Below, piece by piece: positions 17,249 to 27,534 of a stretch of 62,168 nucleotides of DNA; the first letter of the stretch is position 1, and every line of letters starts with the position of its first letter. Both the position numbers and the translations under genes were made by a program. The notes beneath the pieces are model-generated. The model worked only from the letters and a program-made list of their open reading frames with translations. It searched no databases and was not told the DNA's origin. Source of the stretch: an uncultured Clostridium sp. (GTDB lineage: Bacteria > Bacillota > Clostridia > TANB77 > CAG-508); the NCBI GenBank assembly GCA_964389545.1, contig CAYMDN010000003.1, forward strand, positions 1-62,168, read 5' to 3'.

Positions 17249-17653
17249 ATGAAAATTTATTTTGCAGGTGCAATAAGAGCTGGAAGAGAAAAAGTTTATG
17301 ATTATCAAAAAATGGTAGAACAATTTGAAAAATGTGGTGGAGAAGTTTTAACTAAACATGTTGCAGATCCCAATCTATCTAATAAAGGTGAAAATATGCC
17401 TTTTAAAGAAATATATGAAAGAGATATTAAATGGCTAGAGGAATGTAATATAGTTTTTGCGGACATAACAATAGCATCTGTAGGAGTTGGATACGAAATT
17501 TCTTATGCAGAAAATTTAGGAAAAAAGATTTATGCGACTTATGAAAAAGGATCAAATGTGTCAGGATTGCTTAGCGGTGATGAAAAAATAGAACTTTTTG
17601 CTTATGAAAGCATAGATGAAGTAATTGAGTTGATTAATAAGATAATGAGTTAA
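17249..17653 (+). CDS. Nucleoside 2-deoxyribosyltransferase-fold protein, DNPH1/Rcl-like (2'-deoxynucleoside 5'-phosphate N-hydrolase)
   Basis: MKIYFAGAIRAGRE...VLTKHVADP...GVGYEISYAE matches the DNPH1 pattern IYF-G-IRGGR...V..EHV...G...E. Confidence 0.65.
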   Translation: MKIYFAGAIRAGREKVYDYQKMVEQFEKCGGEVLTKHVADPNLSNKGENMPFKEIYERDIKWLEECNIVFADITIASVGVGYEISYAENLGKKIYATYEKGSNVSGLLSGDEKIELFAYESIDEVIELINKIMS

Positions 17654-17665
17654 AGTAAAAATATA

Positions 17666-17700
17666 AAAAGGAATGTTTTTATAAGCATTCCTTTTTTATC
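17666..17700 (+). terminator. Intrinsic terminator: AAAAGGAATG/CATTCCTTTT, then T-run
   Basis: Read directly. Confidence 0.8.
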
Positions 17701-17826
17701 TGATAATAAATTGGTTGATTATTTTAGAAAATATGATATAATAAAAAAGTTAAAAGTAGCTAATAAGTTAAGAAAAATTGATGAAATAATAAAGAAAATT
17801 TATTTTGTAATAATGAGGTGTCTAAA

Positions 17827-18570
17827 ATGGATTCAGAAGTAGAAAAATATATGAGAATACTTTATCCAAATTATGAACAAGAATATATAGAAGCAACAGA
17901 AAAATTTAGAAGAACTCAAGCACTTGTGGCAGAAAACATAGATGCTATAGATGAAATATATAATAATAGTATAGGAGAAAATGATTCTGGAACCCAAGTC
18001 CTTGAAGCAATAATGAAAAAGATAAAATCAAATAATTATTTTCATATGCTATACCCACAGTTCGACTCATTAACAACAGGAGAAAAAATAGCAGCAATGG
18101 AAGTAAGTGCTTTTCTAGATGAAAATATAGACCAAATAGATGAAATTTTTAACAATGCAATGGATGATGCGAGCAAAAGATCAGAGGCTCATAATACACC
18201 AGAGGAAGTACTACAAGATGTTATAACATCTATGAAAATAGAAAGATTTTTAGGTATATTACATTCAGGAGATGAGGCAAAAGAAACAGATGATATTTCA
18301 CTAGAAAATGAGAAGGCATTTATAAAAAATCATTTAAAAGAAATAGAAACACAATATCAAATTCTTATGCAAAAGGAAGAAGACCTTACAGAAAATGAAG
18401 CAATAAAAAGAACAATTGAAGATATGAAAGAAAGAAACAATGATAAAGTAAATATTAGAAACGTTCTACAAGTTGCTACACAAAAGGATGGAATAACAAA
18501 TGAAGATATAGTAGCAGCAGAAAGAGCAACTAAAGTACAAGAAAAAGAAGGAGTAACAAAAGATGGATAA
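17827..18570 (+). CDS. Hypothetical acidic protein with an internal duplication
   Basis: Repeat ENIDAIDEIYNNSIGEND / ENIDQIDEIFNNAMDDAS. Start set to the ATG at 17827 after GAGGTG. Confidence 0.5.
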   Translation: MDSEVEKYMRILYPNYEQEYIEATEKFRRTQALVAENIDAIDEIYNNSIGENDSGTQVLEAIMKKIKSNNYFHMLYPQFDSLTTGEKIAAMEVSAFLDENIDQIDEIFNNAMDDASKRSEAHNTPEEVLQDVITSMKIERFLGILHSGDEAKETDDISLENEKAFIKNHLKEIETQYQILMQKEEDLTENEAIKRTIEDMKERNNDKVNIRNVLQVATQKDGITNEDIVAAERATKVQEKEGVTKDG

Positions 18571-19015
18571 TACATATGCAAGAGCATATACAGAAGTATT
18601 AGAAATAATTAGTCATTTTCCAAAAGATGAATATGATAAAATTCCTAATGAAAAAATACAATTTTATAAAAATAATATGGATAAAGCATATCAATATAAA
18701 ATTAATCCATATATAGACTTAACAGAACAACCAATTTCAAGAGAAACAAATGCTATTTTGGTTATTTTGTTTAGAGATTATTTTGCAGATGAAAACCAAA
18801 AAGAAACATTAAAACAAATATTAGATTTAAATCAAGCAAAATTAGAAAAAGAAAAAAGTGAAAAATATAATTCTGAGGAAATATTTAAAAGTGCAAAACA
18901 GAAATGGTCTCATGAAACTACTCCAAATAATGAAACAAATGCACTAGTAGAATACAAAGAACCATTTTTTGTAAAATTCAAAAAATTCATTTTAAGATTA
19001 TTACACATAAGTTAA
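18563..19015 (+). CDS. Hypothetical protein
   Basis: GAAGGAG RBS. Overlaps the upstream stop by 8 nt. Confidence 0.5.
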   Translation: MDNTYARAYTEVLEIISHFPKDEYDKIPNEKIQFYKNNMDKAYQYKINPYIDLTEQPISRETNAILVILFRDYFADENQKETLKQILDLNQAKLEKEKSEKYNSEEIFKSAKQKWSHETTPNNETNALVEYKEPFFVKFKKFILRLLHIS

Positions 19016-19101
19016 TATTATATGGCTAAATTTCATTGAAAAGTTGCACATATGCTGATATAATATTTTGAAACATATTGGAGGCGAAGAGAGGAGAGAA
19101 T

Positions 19102-19833
19102 ATGTTTGGATTTGGAATAGATAGAAAGTCATTATATATTTTCCTAGTAGTTTTATTTGTAATTAATTTAATATCAGGAGCAATAAGTTTAGAAGGCTTC
19201 TTGTTATCATTACCAGGAATTATAGTTGCAATGACTTTTCACGAATTTGCACATGCGTGGACAGCAACAAAATTAGGAGATGATACTCCAAGATTACAAG
19301 GAAGATTGAACTTAAATCCTTTAAGCCATACAGATCCAGTTGGACTATTATGTTTAGCGTTGTGTGGTTTTGGATGGGGAAAACCTGTACAAATTAATCC
19401 AAGAAATTTTGATAAAAAATATTCTTTAACAAAAGCAGAAGCAATAGTATCTGTTGCTGGACCATTAATGAATTTTCTATTAGCATTTATTTTTGTAATG
19501 ATTAGTATGGCAATGAGCATATTTATAAAAGATGTAACTCGAACAGTGTATATTATTGCTATTATTATCAATTCAATTATAAGTGTAAATCTATGTTTAG
19601 GAGTGTTTAACCTAATTCCAGTATATCCTTTAGATGGTTCAAAAGTATTGTTTCACTTTTTACCAGTTAAAGCAAGACAATGGGTGATGGAGAACCAAGG
19701 ATTACTTACATTAATACTAATGGCAGTAATAATACTACCAACAGGAGCAGACATTATTATTGGAAACATTGCAAATGCAATTCTTTCAGGAATGGTTACT
19801 GCATCAGAATTTATTTTTGAATTATTTATATAA
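19102..19833 (+). CDS. Site-2 protease family (M50) membrane metalloprotease
   Basis: HEFAHAW zinc motif, a second motif NLIPVYPLDGSKV, and multiple TM segments. Start set to the ATG at 19102. Confidence 0.8.
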   Translation: MFGFGIDRKSLYIFLVVLFVINLISGAISLEGFLLSLPGIIVAMTFHEFAHAWTATKLGDDTPRLQGRLNLNPLSHTDPVGLLCLALCGFGWGKPVQINPRNFDKKYSLTKAEAIVSVAGPLMNFLLAFIFVMISMAMSIFIKDVTRTVYIIAIIINSIISVNLCLGVFNLIPVYPLDGSKVLFHFLPVKARQWVMENQGLLTLILMAVIILPTGADIIIGNIANAILSGMVTASEFIFELFI

Positions 19834-19850
19834 GGAAAGATAGAAGATAG

Positions 19851-21659
19851 ATGGAAAAACAAGAAAATATAAGAAACTTTAGTATAATAGCACATATAGA
19901 TCATGGTAAATCTACACTAGCAGATAGACTGATAGAAAAAACTGGTCTTGTATCAGCTCGTGAAATGGAAAGTCAAATATTAGATAATATGGACTTAGAA
20001 AGAGAAAGAGGAATTACAATTAAAGCACAAGCTGTAAGAATGTTATATAAAGCAAAAAATGGAGAAGAATATATATTAAATTTAATAGATACACCAGGAC
20101 ATGTTGATTTTAACTACGAAGTTTCTCGTAGTTTAGCAGCATGTGAAGGTGCTATTTTAGTTGTAGATAGTAGTCAAGGAATAGAGGCCCAAACACTTGC
20201 TAATGTCTATTTAGCTTTAGATAATAACCTAGATATTTTACCTGTAATAAATAAAATTGACTTACCAAGTGCAAGACCTGATGAAATAAAACAAGAAATA
20301 GAAGAGATTATTGGAATACCTGCAATGGATGCTCCTTGTATCTCAGCAAAGTCTGGACTAAATATTGAAGATGTTTTAGAAAAAATAGTAACAGATATCA
20401 GACCACCAAAAGGAGAGTACGATGTTCCAGCAAAATGTTTAATATTTGATTCATGCTATGATAACTATAAAGGTGCAGTAAGCTATGTTAGAGTTGTAGA
20501 AGGACAAGTTAAAACAGGTGATGAAATATTACTGATGGCATCTGGAAAGAAATTTATAGTTACAGAACTAGGATACTTAGAACCAGGCAGATATCAACCA
20601 GCAGATGTTCTAAAAGCAGGAGAAGTTGGATATATTGCAGCAAGTATAAAAACAGTATCTGATGTAAGTGTTGGAGATACAATTACTACAACAGATAATC
20701 CAGCAAGTGAAGCTTTGCCAGGATATAAAAAAGCAAATTCAATGGTATATTGCGGAGTGTACCCACTAGATGGCGGAGATTATGAGAATTTAAAAGTTGC
20801 ATTAGAGAAGCTAAAACTAAATGATGCCGCATTAAATTATGAACCAGAAACATCAGTTGCTCTTGGATTTGGATTTAGATGTGGATTCTTAGGTTTATTA
20901 CATCTTGAGATTGTACAGGAAAGGTTAGAAAGAGAATTTGATTTAAGTTTAATAACTACAGCACCATCAGTTATTTATAAAGTATATAAGAGAGATGGGA
21001 CAATGATAGAGCTATATAATCCTGTTGATTTACCACCAGCACAAGATATTGAATACATTGAAGAACCTGTTGTGAAAGCAGAAATAATGTTACCAAAAGA
21101 CTATGTAGGTAATGTAATGGAATTATGCCAAAATAGACGTGGAATATATATAGATATGAAATATTTAGACAACAATAGGGTTACACTAGAATATGAATTA
21201 CCACTAAATGAAATCATTTATGATTTTTTTGATACATTAAAATCCAAAACAAAAGGATATGCTTCTATAGATTATGAACTAAAAGAATATAGAAAATCAG
21301 ATCTAATTAAATTAGATATACATATAAATAATGAACAAGTTGATGCACTATCATTTATTGTTCATAAAGACTCAGCATATACAAGAGGAAGAAAAATGGC
21401 TGAAAAACTAAAAACAGTTATACCTAGACAATTATTTGAAATTCCAATTCAAGCAGTTGTTGGGGGAAAGATAATAGCTAGAGAAACTATCTCTGCATTA
21501 AGAAAAGATGTTTTAGCAAAATGCTATGGAGGAGATATAACAAGAAAGAAAAAGCTATTAGAGAAACAGAAAAAAGGTAAAAAGAAAATGAGACAAATAG
21601 GAAATGTGGAAGTGCCTCAAGAAGCATTCTTATCAGTATTAAAACTTGATGAAGAGTAA
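19851..21659 (+). CDS. lepA: Translation elongation factor 4
   Basis: [34 protein letters not shown] and the LepA-specific C-terminal domain. Confidence 0.95.
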   Translation: MEKQENIRNFSIIAHIDHGKSTLADRLIEKTGLVSAREMESQILDNMDLERERGITIKAQAVRMLYKAKNGEEYILNLIDTPGHVDFNYEVSRSLAACEGAILVVDSSQGIEAQTLANVYLALDNNLDILPVINKIDLPSARPDEIKQEIEEIIGIPAMDAPCISAKSGLNIEDVLEKIVTDIRPPKGEYDVPAKCLIFDSCYDNYKGAVSYVRVVEGQVKTGDEILLMASGKKFIVTELGYLEPGRYQPADVLKAGEVGYIAASIKTVSDVSVGDTITTTDNPASEALPGYKKANSMVYCGVYPLDGGDYENLKVALEKLKLNDAALNYEPETSVALGFGFRCGFLGLLHLEIVQERLEREFDLSLITTAPSVIYKVYKRDGTMIELYNPVDLPPAQDIEYIEEPVVKAEIMLPKDYVGNVMELCQNRRGIYIDMKYLDNNRVTLEYELPLNEIIYDFFDTLKSKTKGYASIDYELKEYRKSDLIKLDIHINNEQVDALSFIVHKDSAYTRGRKMAEKLKTVIPRQLFEIPIQAVVGGKIIARETISALRKDVLAKCYGGDITRKKKLLEKQKKGKKKMRQIGNVEVPQEAFLSVLKLDEE

Positions 21660-21671
21660 AAGGAGTTTAAA

Positions 21672-22529
21672 TTGAAAAATAGTAAAAAAGAGTTCAAATC
21701 TAAAAATACGAAAAATTATAAAAAGTTTGACAAAAATAAAAGAAGCGATAATAAAAGAGAAAACAGAAAAACTGAAAGAGAGCAAGAGGAAAAAGAGTTT
21801 CAAGATCAAATAGAAGGAAGAAATTCAGTATTAGAACTGTTAGAAACAGGAAAAGATATAAACAAGATATTTATTGAAAAAGGCGAAAAGCATGGTTCAA
21901 TAAATAAAATTATAGGAATAGCAAGAGACAGAAAAATTGTAACAGTTGAAGTTGAAAAAGCAAAGTTAAACCAAATGGCACAAACAGATAACCACCAAGG
22001 AGTAATTGCCATAGTACCACCATTTGATTATTGTGAAGTAGATGACATTATAAATGAAGCAAAACAAAAAAACGAGCCAGCATTTATACTTATACTAGAT
22101 GGAATAGAAGATCCACACAATTTAGGAAGTATAATTAGAACCGCAGAAACAGCTGGAGTACACGGAATAATAATTCCTAAAAGAAGAGCTTGCAGTGTAA
22201 ATAGCACTGTATATAAAGTAGCAAGTGGTGCAGTAGAACACATGAAAATCGCAAGAGTAAATAATATAACAGACGCAATGAAGTATTTAAAAGAAAACGA
22301 TATTTGGATATATGGAACAGAAATGAATGCAGATAAATATTACTACCAAGAAAATTTAACTGGAGCAATTGCACTAGTAATCGGAAGCGAAGGATTTGGA
22401 ATGAGTAGACTTGTAAAAGAAAATTGTGATGTACTACTAAAAATACCAATGAAAGGAATAATAACATCTCTGAATGCCTCAGTTTCAGCAGGAATAGTAA
22501 TGTATGAAGCAGTTAAACAAAGAAGTTAA
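21672..22529 (+). CDS. rlmB: SpoU/TrmH-family 23S rRNA (guanosine-2'-O)-methyltransferase, RlmB-like
   Basis: EGRNSVLELL substrate-binding domain and SPOUT motifs DPHNLGSIIRTA, LVIGSEGFGMS, SLNASVSAGI. TTG start after AAGGAG. Confidence 0.75.
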   Translation: MKNSKKEFKSKNTKNYKKFDKNKRSDNKRENRKTEREQEEKEFQDQIEGRNSVLELLETGKDINKIFIEKGEKHGSINKIIGIARDRKIVTVEVEKAKLNQMAQTDNHQGVIAIVPPFDYCEVDDIINEAKQKNEPAFILILDGIEDPHNLGSIIRTAETAGVHGIIIPKRRACSVNSTVYKVASGAVEHMKIARVNNITDAMKYLKENDIWIYGTEMNADKYYYQENLTGAIALVIGSEGFGMSRLVKENCDVLLKIPMKGIITSLNASVSAGIVMYEAVKQRS

Positions 22530-22598
22530 ATTGACATATTGTATTTTAAAAAGTTATTTGATATAATAACAAAAATTAATATAAAAGGAGGTAATGCT

Positions 22599-23258
22599 GT
22601 GGTAACATTAGATGATGTGAGAAATAATCCAGAGGTACAGGAACTAGTCATTGGAGCGCAAAAACAACTAGATGCATTGGGATTTACAGAACATTCGCAA
22701 AGACATGTAAGCATAGTTTCAAATAGGGCAGCAAATGTCTTAAAAACTTTAGGATATGATGAGCACAGAATAATGCTTGCAAGAATAGCAGGATATTTGC
22801 ACGATATAGGCAATGGTGTAAACAGAGTTGATCATGCACATTCAGGAGCAATACTGGCTTATGACATATTAAAAGATATGGGAATGGATGTAAAAGACAG
22901 AATAGAAATTATGTCAGCCATAGGAAATCACGATGAAGCAACAGGAACAGCAGTTAGTGATATTTCAGCAGCATTAATATTAGCCGATAAATCAGATGTG
23001 CATAGGGACAGAGTAGTAAATCAAAACATGGCAACTTTTGATATACATGATAGAGTCAACTATGCAGTTACTCAGGCAAATTTAAATATAGATAATAAAG
23101 AAAAAAAAGTAATTTTAGATTTAACAATAGATACAGATATTTGTCCAGTTTTAGATTATTTTGAGATATTTATGGATAGAACAATGATGTGTAAATATGC
23201 TGCAAAATATTTACAAGTATGGTTTGAACTAGTTATCAACGATACAAAACTATTATAG
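22599..23258 (+). CDS. HD-domain phosphohydrolase
   Basis: H...HDIG...D motif (AGYLHDIGN). GTG start after AAAGGAGG. Confidence 0.65.
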   Translation: MVTLDDVRNNPEVQELVIGAQKQLDALGFTEHSQRHVSIVSNRAANVLKTLGYDEHRIMLARIAGYLHDIGNGVNRVDHAHSGAILAYDILKDMGMDVKDRIEIMSAIGNHDEATGTAVSDISAALILADKSDVHRDRVVNQNMATFDIHDRVNYAVTQANLNIDNKEKKVILDLTIDTDICPVLDYFEIFMDRTMMCKYAAKYLQVWFELVINDTKLL

Positions 23259-23273
23259 AGAGGATTGAAGAAA

Positions 23274-24689
23274 GTGAAAAAGTATAAAACACTAATTACA
23301 GTAGTTATAATTTTATTAGTAGCCGCAATAATATTTGTTTCATTCTTTGGAATAAATATTAAAAATAATCAAGGAGAAAAAAGAAACGTAATTCCAGATT
23401 ACAAAATGGGAATGGAATTTACAAATGCAAAAGAAATAATTGCAACAGTAAATGATGGAATTTCATCAGAAACAATAAAAGATAAAGATGGAAATATTGT
23501 AGAACCAGAAGAAGGTGTAGAATACACTGAGGAAAATGGTTATACAACAGAAATTACAAAAATAAATCCAGATGAAGTAAGAACAGTTGAAAATTATAAA
23601 AAAGCAAGAGATGTAATAAAAGAAAAATTAAAGAATATGGGAACAGCAGAATATAATGTAACATTAAATGAAGAAACTGGTGAAATAAAAATTAAAGTAC
23701 CAGAAAACGATGACTACGAAAAAGTAGTAGATTTTATACAAAGACCAGGATCTTTAGTACTTTTAGACTTATCATCATTTGAATTTGTTTTTGACAATAG
23801 CTATGTAAAAACATCACGTGTTGTTACAAGACAGGGAGATTTAGAAGCAGCTGTATTTCTAGAAATAGAACCAACAGAAGAAGGAGTTGCTAAACTACAA
23901 GAACTTGGACAAAAATATACAGAAGCAAATAAAACAACACAAACAATAACAAACGAAGATGGAACAACAAGCGAACAAGAAGTTGATTACACATTATATA
24001 TAATGTTAAATGGAATGTCATTAGGCGCAACATATATAGATAACATCACATATGATAATAAAATAATGATACCATTTGCAGTTTCTAGCAACAATGAAGA
24101 ATTAAATCAAGGAATCAGAGATGCACAATTAGAATCAGTTATACTTAATGCTGGAACATTACCAATTTCATATGAGTTTAATGATGCTTCAGTAGAAAAT
24201 TCAATATATGTTGAAACAGCATTGTACTTCATAGGAATCATGGGAGCAATATTTGTTGTATTATTCGTATATTTAATAATAAGATTCAGAGCAAAAGGAT
24301 TTATATCAATGTATTTCCAAATTGGATTCTTTGCATTAATGTTACTAATTATAAGATATACAGATGTAACACTTACAACAGAAGGTATTGCTGGAATGTT
24401 TGTGGCAGTATTAGTTAATTACATCTTTAATCACATAATGTTAAGCAATGTAAAACAAAAAACAGCAGGAATGTACAAGAATACAAATTTAAAATTTTTA
24501 TTCTATACATTACCAATATTCATAATTGCAATAGTATTTACATTTGAAAGCAAAGTAACATTAGCAAGTTTTGGTATGACTTTATTCTGGGGAATGATTA
24601 TAACATATATATATAATTTTGTATTTTCAAAATTTGTATTTGAAAATTTAACAGGAGGTAAAAATGAAAGCATTAAAGAAAATAGTTAA
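23274..24689 (+). CDS. Divergent SecD/SecF-like membrane protein (1 TM, large external domain, 5 TM)
   Basis: The topology and the segment AGTLPISYEF followed by a TM bundle resemble SecD. Canonical motifs are degenerate. Confidence 0.35.
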   Translation: MKKYKTLITVVIILLVAAIIFVSFFGINIKNNQGEKRNVIPDYKMGMEFTNAKEIIATVNDGISSETIKDKDGNIVEPEEGVEYTEENGYTTEITKINPDEVRTVENYKKARDVIKEKLKNMGTAEYNVTLNEETGEIKIKVPENDDYEKVVDFIQRPGSLVLLDLSSFEFVFDNSYVKTSRVVTRQGDLEAAVFLEIEPTEEGVAKLQELGQKYTEANKTTQTITNEDGTTSEQEVDYTLYIMLNGMSLGATYIDNITYDNKIMIPFAVSSNNEELNQGIRDAQLESVILNAGTLPISYEFNDASVENSIYVETALYFIGIMGAIFVVLFVYLIIRFRAKGFISMYFQIGFFALMLLIIRYTDVTLTTEGIAGMFVAVLVNYIFNHIMLSNVKQKTAGMYKNTNLKFLFYTLPIFIIAIVFTFESKVTLASFGMTLFWGMIITYIYNFVFSKFVFENLTGGKNESIKENS

Positions 24690-25077
24690 AGTAATAGTTG
24701 CACTAGCAATAGTTGCTACAATAGCAGTTGGAATATACTTCTTGGTAAAAAACGGATTAAATTACCCAGAAAATGGAGTATACAAGGTAAATAATATAGT
24801 TGAAGAAGCAAAACCATATATGATTAAAATGGGAATTTCTGCAGGAATTATATTAGTATATTTAATGATAAAGTACAGCAAACTAGGAATTGTAAAAGTA
24901 GGAATAATTTCAGTATTAACAATGGTAATAGGACAAGTACTAGTAATATCTGTAATGGCAATCGCTAAAGCAGAAATAAATAGAATATTCTTTGCAATGT
25001 TCTTACTAGTATTTGCACTAAGCGCACTTGTACTAACTGCAGTATATGAAAGTAAATTAAAGAAATCAACAATATAA
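24664..25077 (+). CDS. Small polytopic membrane protein (4 predicted TM)
   Basis: AGGAGG RBS. Hydrophobic segments. Overlaps the upstream gene by 26 nt. Confidence 0.5.
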   Translation: MKALKKIVKVIVALAIVATIAVGIYFLVKNGLNYPENGVYKVNNIVEEAKPYMIKMGISAGIILVYLMIKYSKLGIVKVGIISVLTMVIGQVLVISVMAIAKAEINRIFFAMFLLVFALSALVLTAVYESKLKKSTI

Positions 25078-25088
25078 TCACAATAATA

Positions 25089-25126
25089 AAAAATCCTTAA
25101 TATAATAATATTAGGGATTTTTTAGG
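25089..25126 (+). terminator. Intrinsic terminator: AAATCCTTAATAT/ATATTAGGGATTT, then T-run
   Basis: Read directly; one G-U pair in the stem. Confidence 0.75.
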
Positions 25127-25137
25127 AGATGTTGATT

Positions 25138-25449
25138 ATGAATAGATACTATAATGAAAACATTTCTATTAGAGAAATGCTGGATATATTAAGAACAAAA
25201 GAAAACACAATATTACTAGATGTTAGAAGCAAAATGGAATACGAAAGAGGACATCTTGCTAACAGCATAAATATACCTTTAAATGAAATAGAAGAAAGTG
25301 ATATAGAATTTAGAATTAAAGATAAAAATACACCAATAATAGCATATTGCAGTGTAGGTAGAAGAAGTAAAACCGCAATAAGAATTCTAAGAAAAATGGG
25401 ATATAAAAATCTATATACAATAGAGGGTGGAATAGGAAAATATGAATGA
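25138..25449 (+). CDS. Rhodanese-like sulfurtransferase domain protein
   Basis: LLDVRS..EY..GHL..SINIP and active-site loop CSVGRRS. Confidence 0.8.
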   Translation: MNRYYNENISIREMLDILRTKENTILLDVRSKMEYERGHLANSINIPLNEIEESDIEFRIKDKNTPIIAYCSVGRRSKTAIRILRKMGYKNLYTIEGGIGKYE

Positions 25450-26593
25450 CGTATTAGAAAAAGCAAAACAAAATATGATATTAAAAGAAAAAGATTTATC
25501 AGCAGTAGCATGCAGATCCGAAAAAGGACAATGGTTAAAACCAGATATTGAAGATATAAGACCAATATTCTTTAGAGATATTGATAGAATAATTCATTCA
25601 TCTGGTTATACCAGATACATAGATAAAACACAAGTATATTCATTTATACAAAATGATCATATAACAAGAAGAGTGCTACATGTTCAATTAGTATCAAAAA
25701 TAGCAAGAACAATTGGAAGAAGTTTAAGATTAAATGAAGACTTAATCGAGGCAATGGCACTAGGACATGATATTGGGCACGCACCATTTGGACACAAAGG
25801 AGAAAATTGGTTAAACGATATTTGCGTAAAAGAAAACATAGGGTATTTTTGCCACAATGCAGAAAGCGTAAGAATTTTACAAGATATAGAAAATTTAAAT
25901 ATAAGTGTTCAAACATTGGATGGAATTTTAGCACATAATGGAGAAATTCTAAAAAGAAAATATGAGTATAATCCAAATAAAACAATAGAAGATTTTAATG
26001 AGGATTTATATAAAACATTTCATGAATTTGATTATAGCAAAAAAATAATACCAATGACACTAGAAGGATGCGTGGTTAGACTATCTGATGTAATTGCATA
26101 TATTGGAAGAGATATAGAAGACGCTATAACAGTAAAAGTTGTAACTAGAGACGAAATTCCTGAATTTCCAGCAAAAGTGCTAGGAAATACAAATTCAAAA
26201 ATTGTGGATACATTAATAAAGGATATTATAATTAACAGCATGGATAAACCATACTTAGAATTTTCTGAGGAAGTATTTAAAGCACTAATGGAGCTAAAAG
26301 AATGGAATTATGAAAAAATATATGATTCAGAAAAAGCAAATGTAAATTATGATAAAATAGAAGGAATAATGAAAGACTTATATTACTTCTATCTAAATAG
26401 ACTAAACAATGTAGATTATGAACAAGAATTACTACGAGATGATATCACAGCATCTGAAAAAACTTTATATACATTTGCAAATAAAATGATGAAAAGAGAA
26501 GACAGTCAAGATATAAAAAGAGTAGCAATTGATTATATAGCAGGACAAACAGATAAATTTTTCCTAAATGAAAGTACTCTATATATAGAATAA
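25442..26593 (+). CDS. dGTP triphosphohydrolase-like HD-domain protein
   Basis: FFRDIDRIIHSSGYTRYIDKTQV...RRVLHVQLVS...LGHDIGHAPFGHKGE is typical of the dGTPase family. Confidence 0.75.
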   Translation: MNDVLEKAKQNMILKEKDLSAVACRSEKGQWLKPDIEDIRPIFFRDIDRIIHSSGYTRYIDKTQVYSFIQNDHITRRVLHVQLVSKIARTIGRSLRLNEDLIEAMALGHDIGHAPFGHKGENWLNDICVKENIGYFCHNAESVRILQDIENLNISVQTLDGILAHNGEILKRKYEYNPNKTIEDFNEDLYKTFHEFDYSKKIIPMTLEGCVVRLSDVIAYIGRDIEDAITVKVVTRDEIPEFPAKVLGNTNSKIVDTLIKDIIINSMDKPYLEFSEEVFKALMELKEWNYEKIYDSEKANVNYDKIEGIMKDLYYFYLNRLNNVDYEQELLRDDITASEKTLYTFANKMMKREDSQDIKRVAIDYIAGQTDKFFLNESTLYIE

Positions 26594-26596
26594 CAA

Positions 26597-26624
26597 AAAG
26601 GACGATTTAAATCGTCCTTTTTTA
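26597..26624. terminator. Bidirectional terminator: AAAGGACGAT ttaa ATCGTCCTTT
   Basis: Perfect 10-bp stem between convergent genes. Confidence 0.8.
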
Positions 26625-26876
26625 ATTCATTTCATTATAGGCTTGTCTAACAGCTAATGCTAATTGAGCAGAACAAGAGGTTGGCTTATAGCCACATTTT
26701 ATATCTTTAAACCAATTTTCAATTTCTTCAACAGTTTTTCCTTCAACAACTTTTGAAATTGCACTTAAATTACCAGGACATCCTCCGTAAAAAGTAACAT
26801 TTTTAATTACATTTCCATCAATATCAAATTCAATTTGTCTACTACAAGTGCCTTCAGTAATATATTTATATCTCAT
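26622..26876 (-). CDS. TSCPD-domain small protein (TIGR03905-like)
   Basis: 84 aa. The pattern GTCSR.IEFDIDGN.I.NV.F.GGC.GN...I...V.G....E and the C-terminal CG.K.TSC match as I recall them. Confidence 0.65.
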   Translation of the reverse strand: MRYKYITEGTCSRQIEFDIDGNVIKNVTFYGGCPGNLSAISKVVEGKTVEEIENWFKDIKCGYKPTSCSAQLALAVRQAYNEMN

Positions 26877-26994
26877 AGAAAACCTCCTAATATACTTTAT
26901 ATAACTTTTTCAAAGATATTATACAATAAATGATTAAAAAAAGCAAAAAATAACAAGGCTGTAAGTAAATGCTACAACCTTGTTTTCATCTAAA

Positions 26995-27372
26995 CTACAT
27001 TTTTTGATCGCCAGGTATAAAATAATCAATAACACCATAAATGATAGCACCAATAATTGCTGCCATCCATGAAATAGAATATCCAGCAACAAAATATTGT
27101 GTAACATAAAGTACTATAACAGATAAAATGAAACCTACAAATCCTTGCCCGAATGGACTTGCTTGTATACCAGTAAATTTAGATATTAAATAATCCATAA
27201 GTGTAAGAACAACAGCAGCTACTGCAAGTGCCCAAATGTTAGAAATTTGAAAACCTGGTGTGAAAAATGCAGTAATTCCAAGAACAACGGCAGCAGCAAA
27301 TAGTCTACCTATAATTTGCCATACCATGCTAGTACCATTTTGTGCATGTGAATTTTGAGAATGATCAGACAT
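26995..27372 (-). CDS. Small 4-TM membrane protein (YvlD/DUF360 or DUF2512-like)
   Basis: Hydrophobic profile. The FTPGFQISN motif is reminiscent of Phage_holin_4_2/YvlD proteins. Confidence 0.35.
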   Translation of the reverse strand: MSDHSQNSHAQNGTSMVWQIIGRLFAAAVVLGITAFFTPGFQISNIWALAVAAVVLTLMDYLISKFTGIQASPFGQGFVGFILSVIVLYVTQYFVAGYSISWMAAIIGAIIYGVIDYFIPGDQKM

Positions 27373-27534
27373 TACCTTTACCTCCTTACTTTAAGTTTTG
27401 CTTTGATTTTAAGGTGTTCACATTATATTATTTTCAATTATAAAATAAATATACAAGTTAATTTCATCAAGTATAAATTTACTAAAATTGTTTAAAATAA
27501 AAACTGATAAAATTAAAAAATGAAAGGAATAAAT

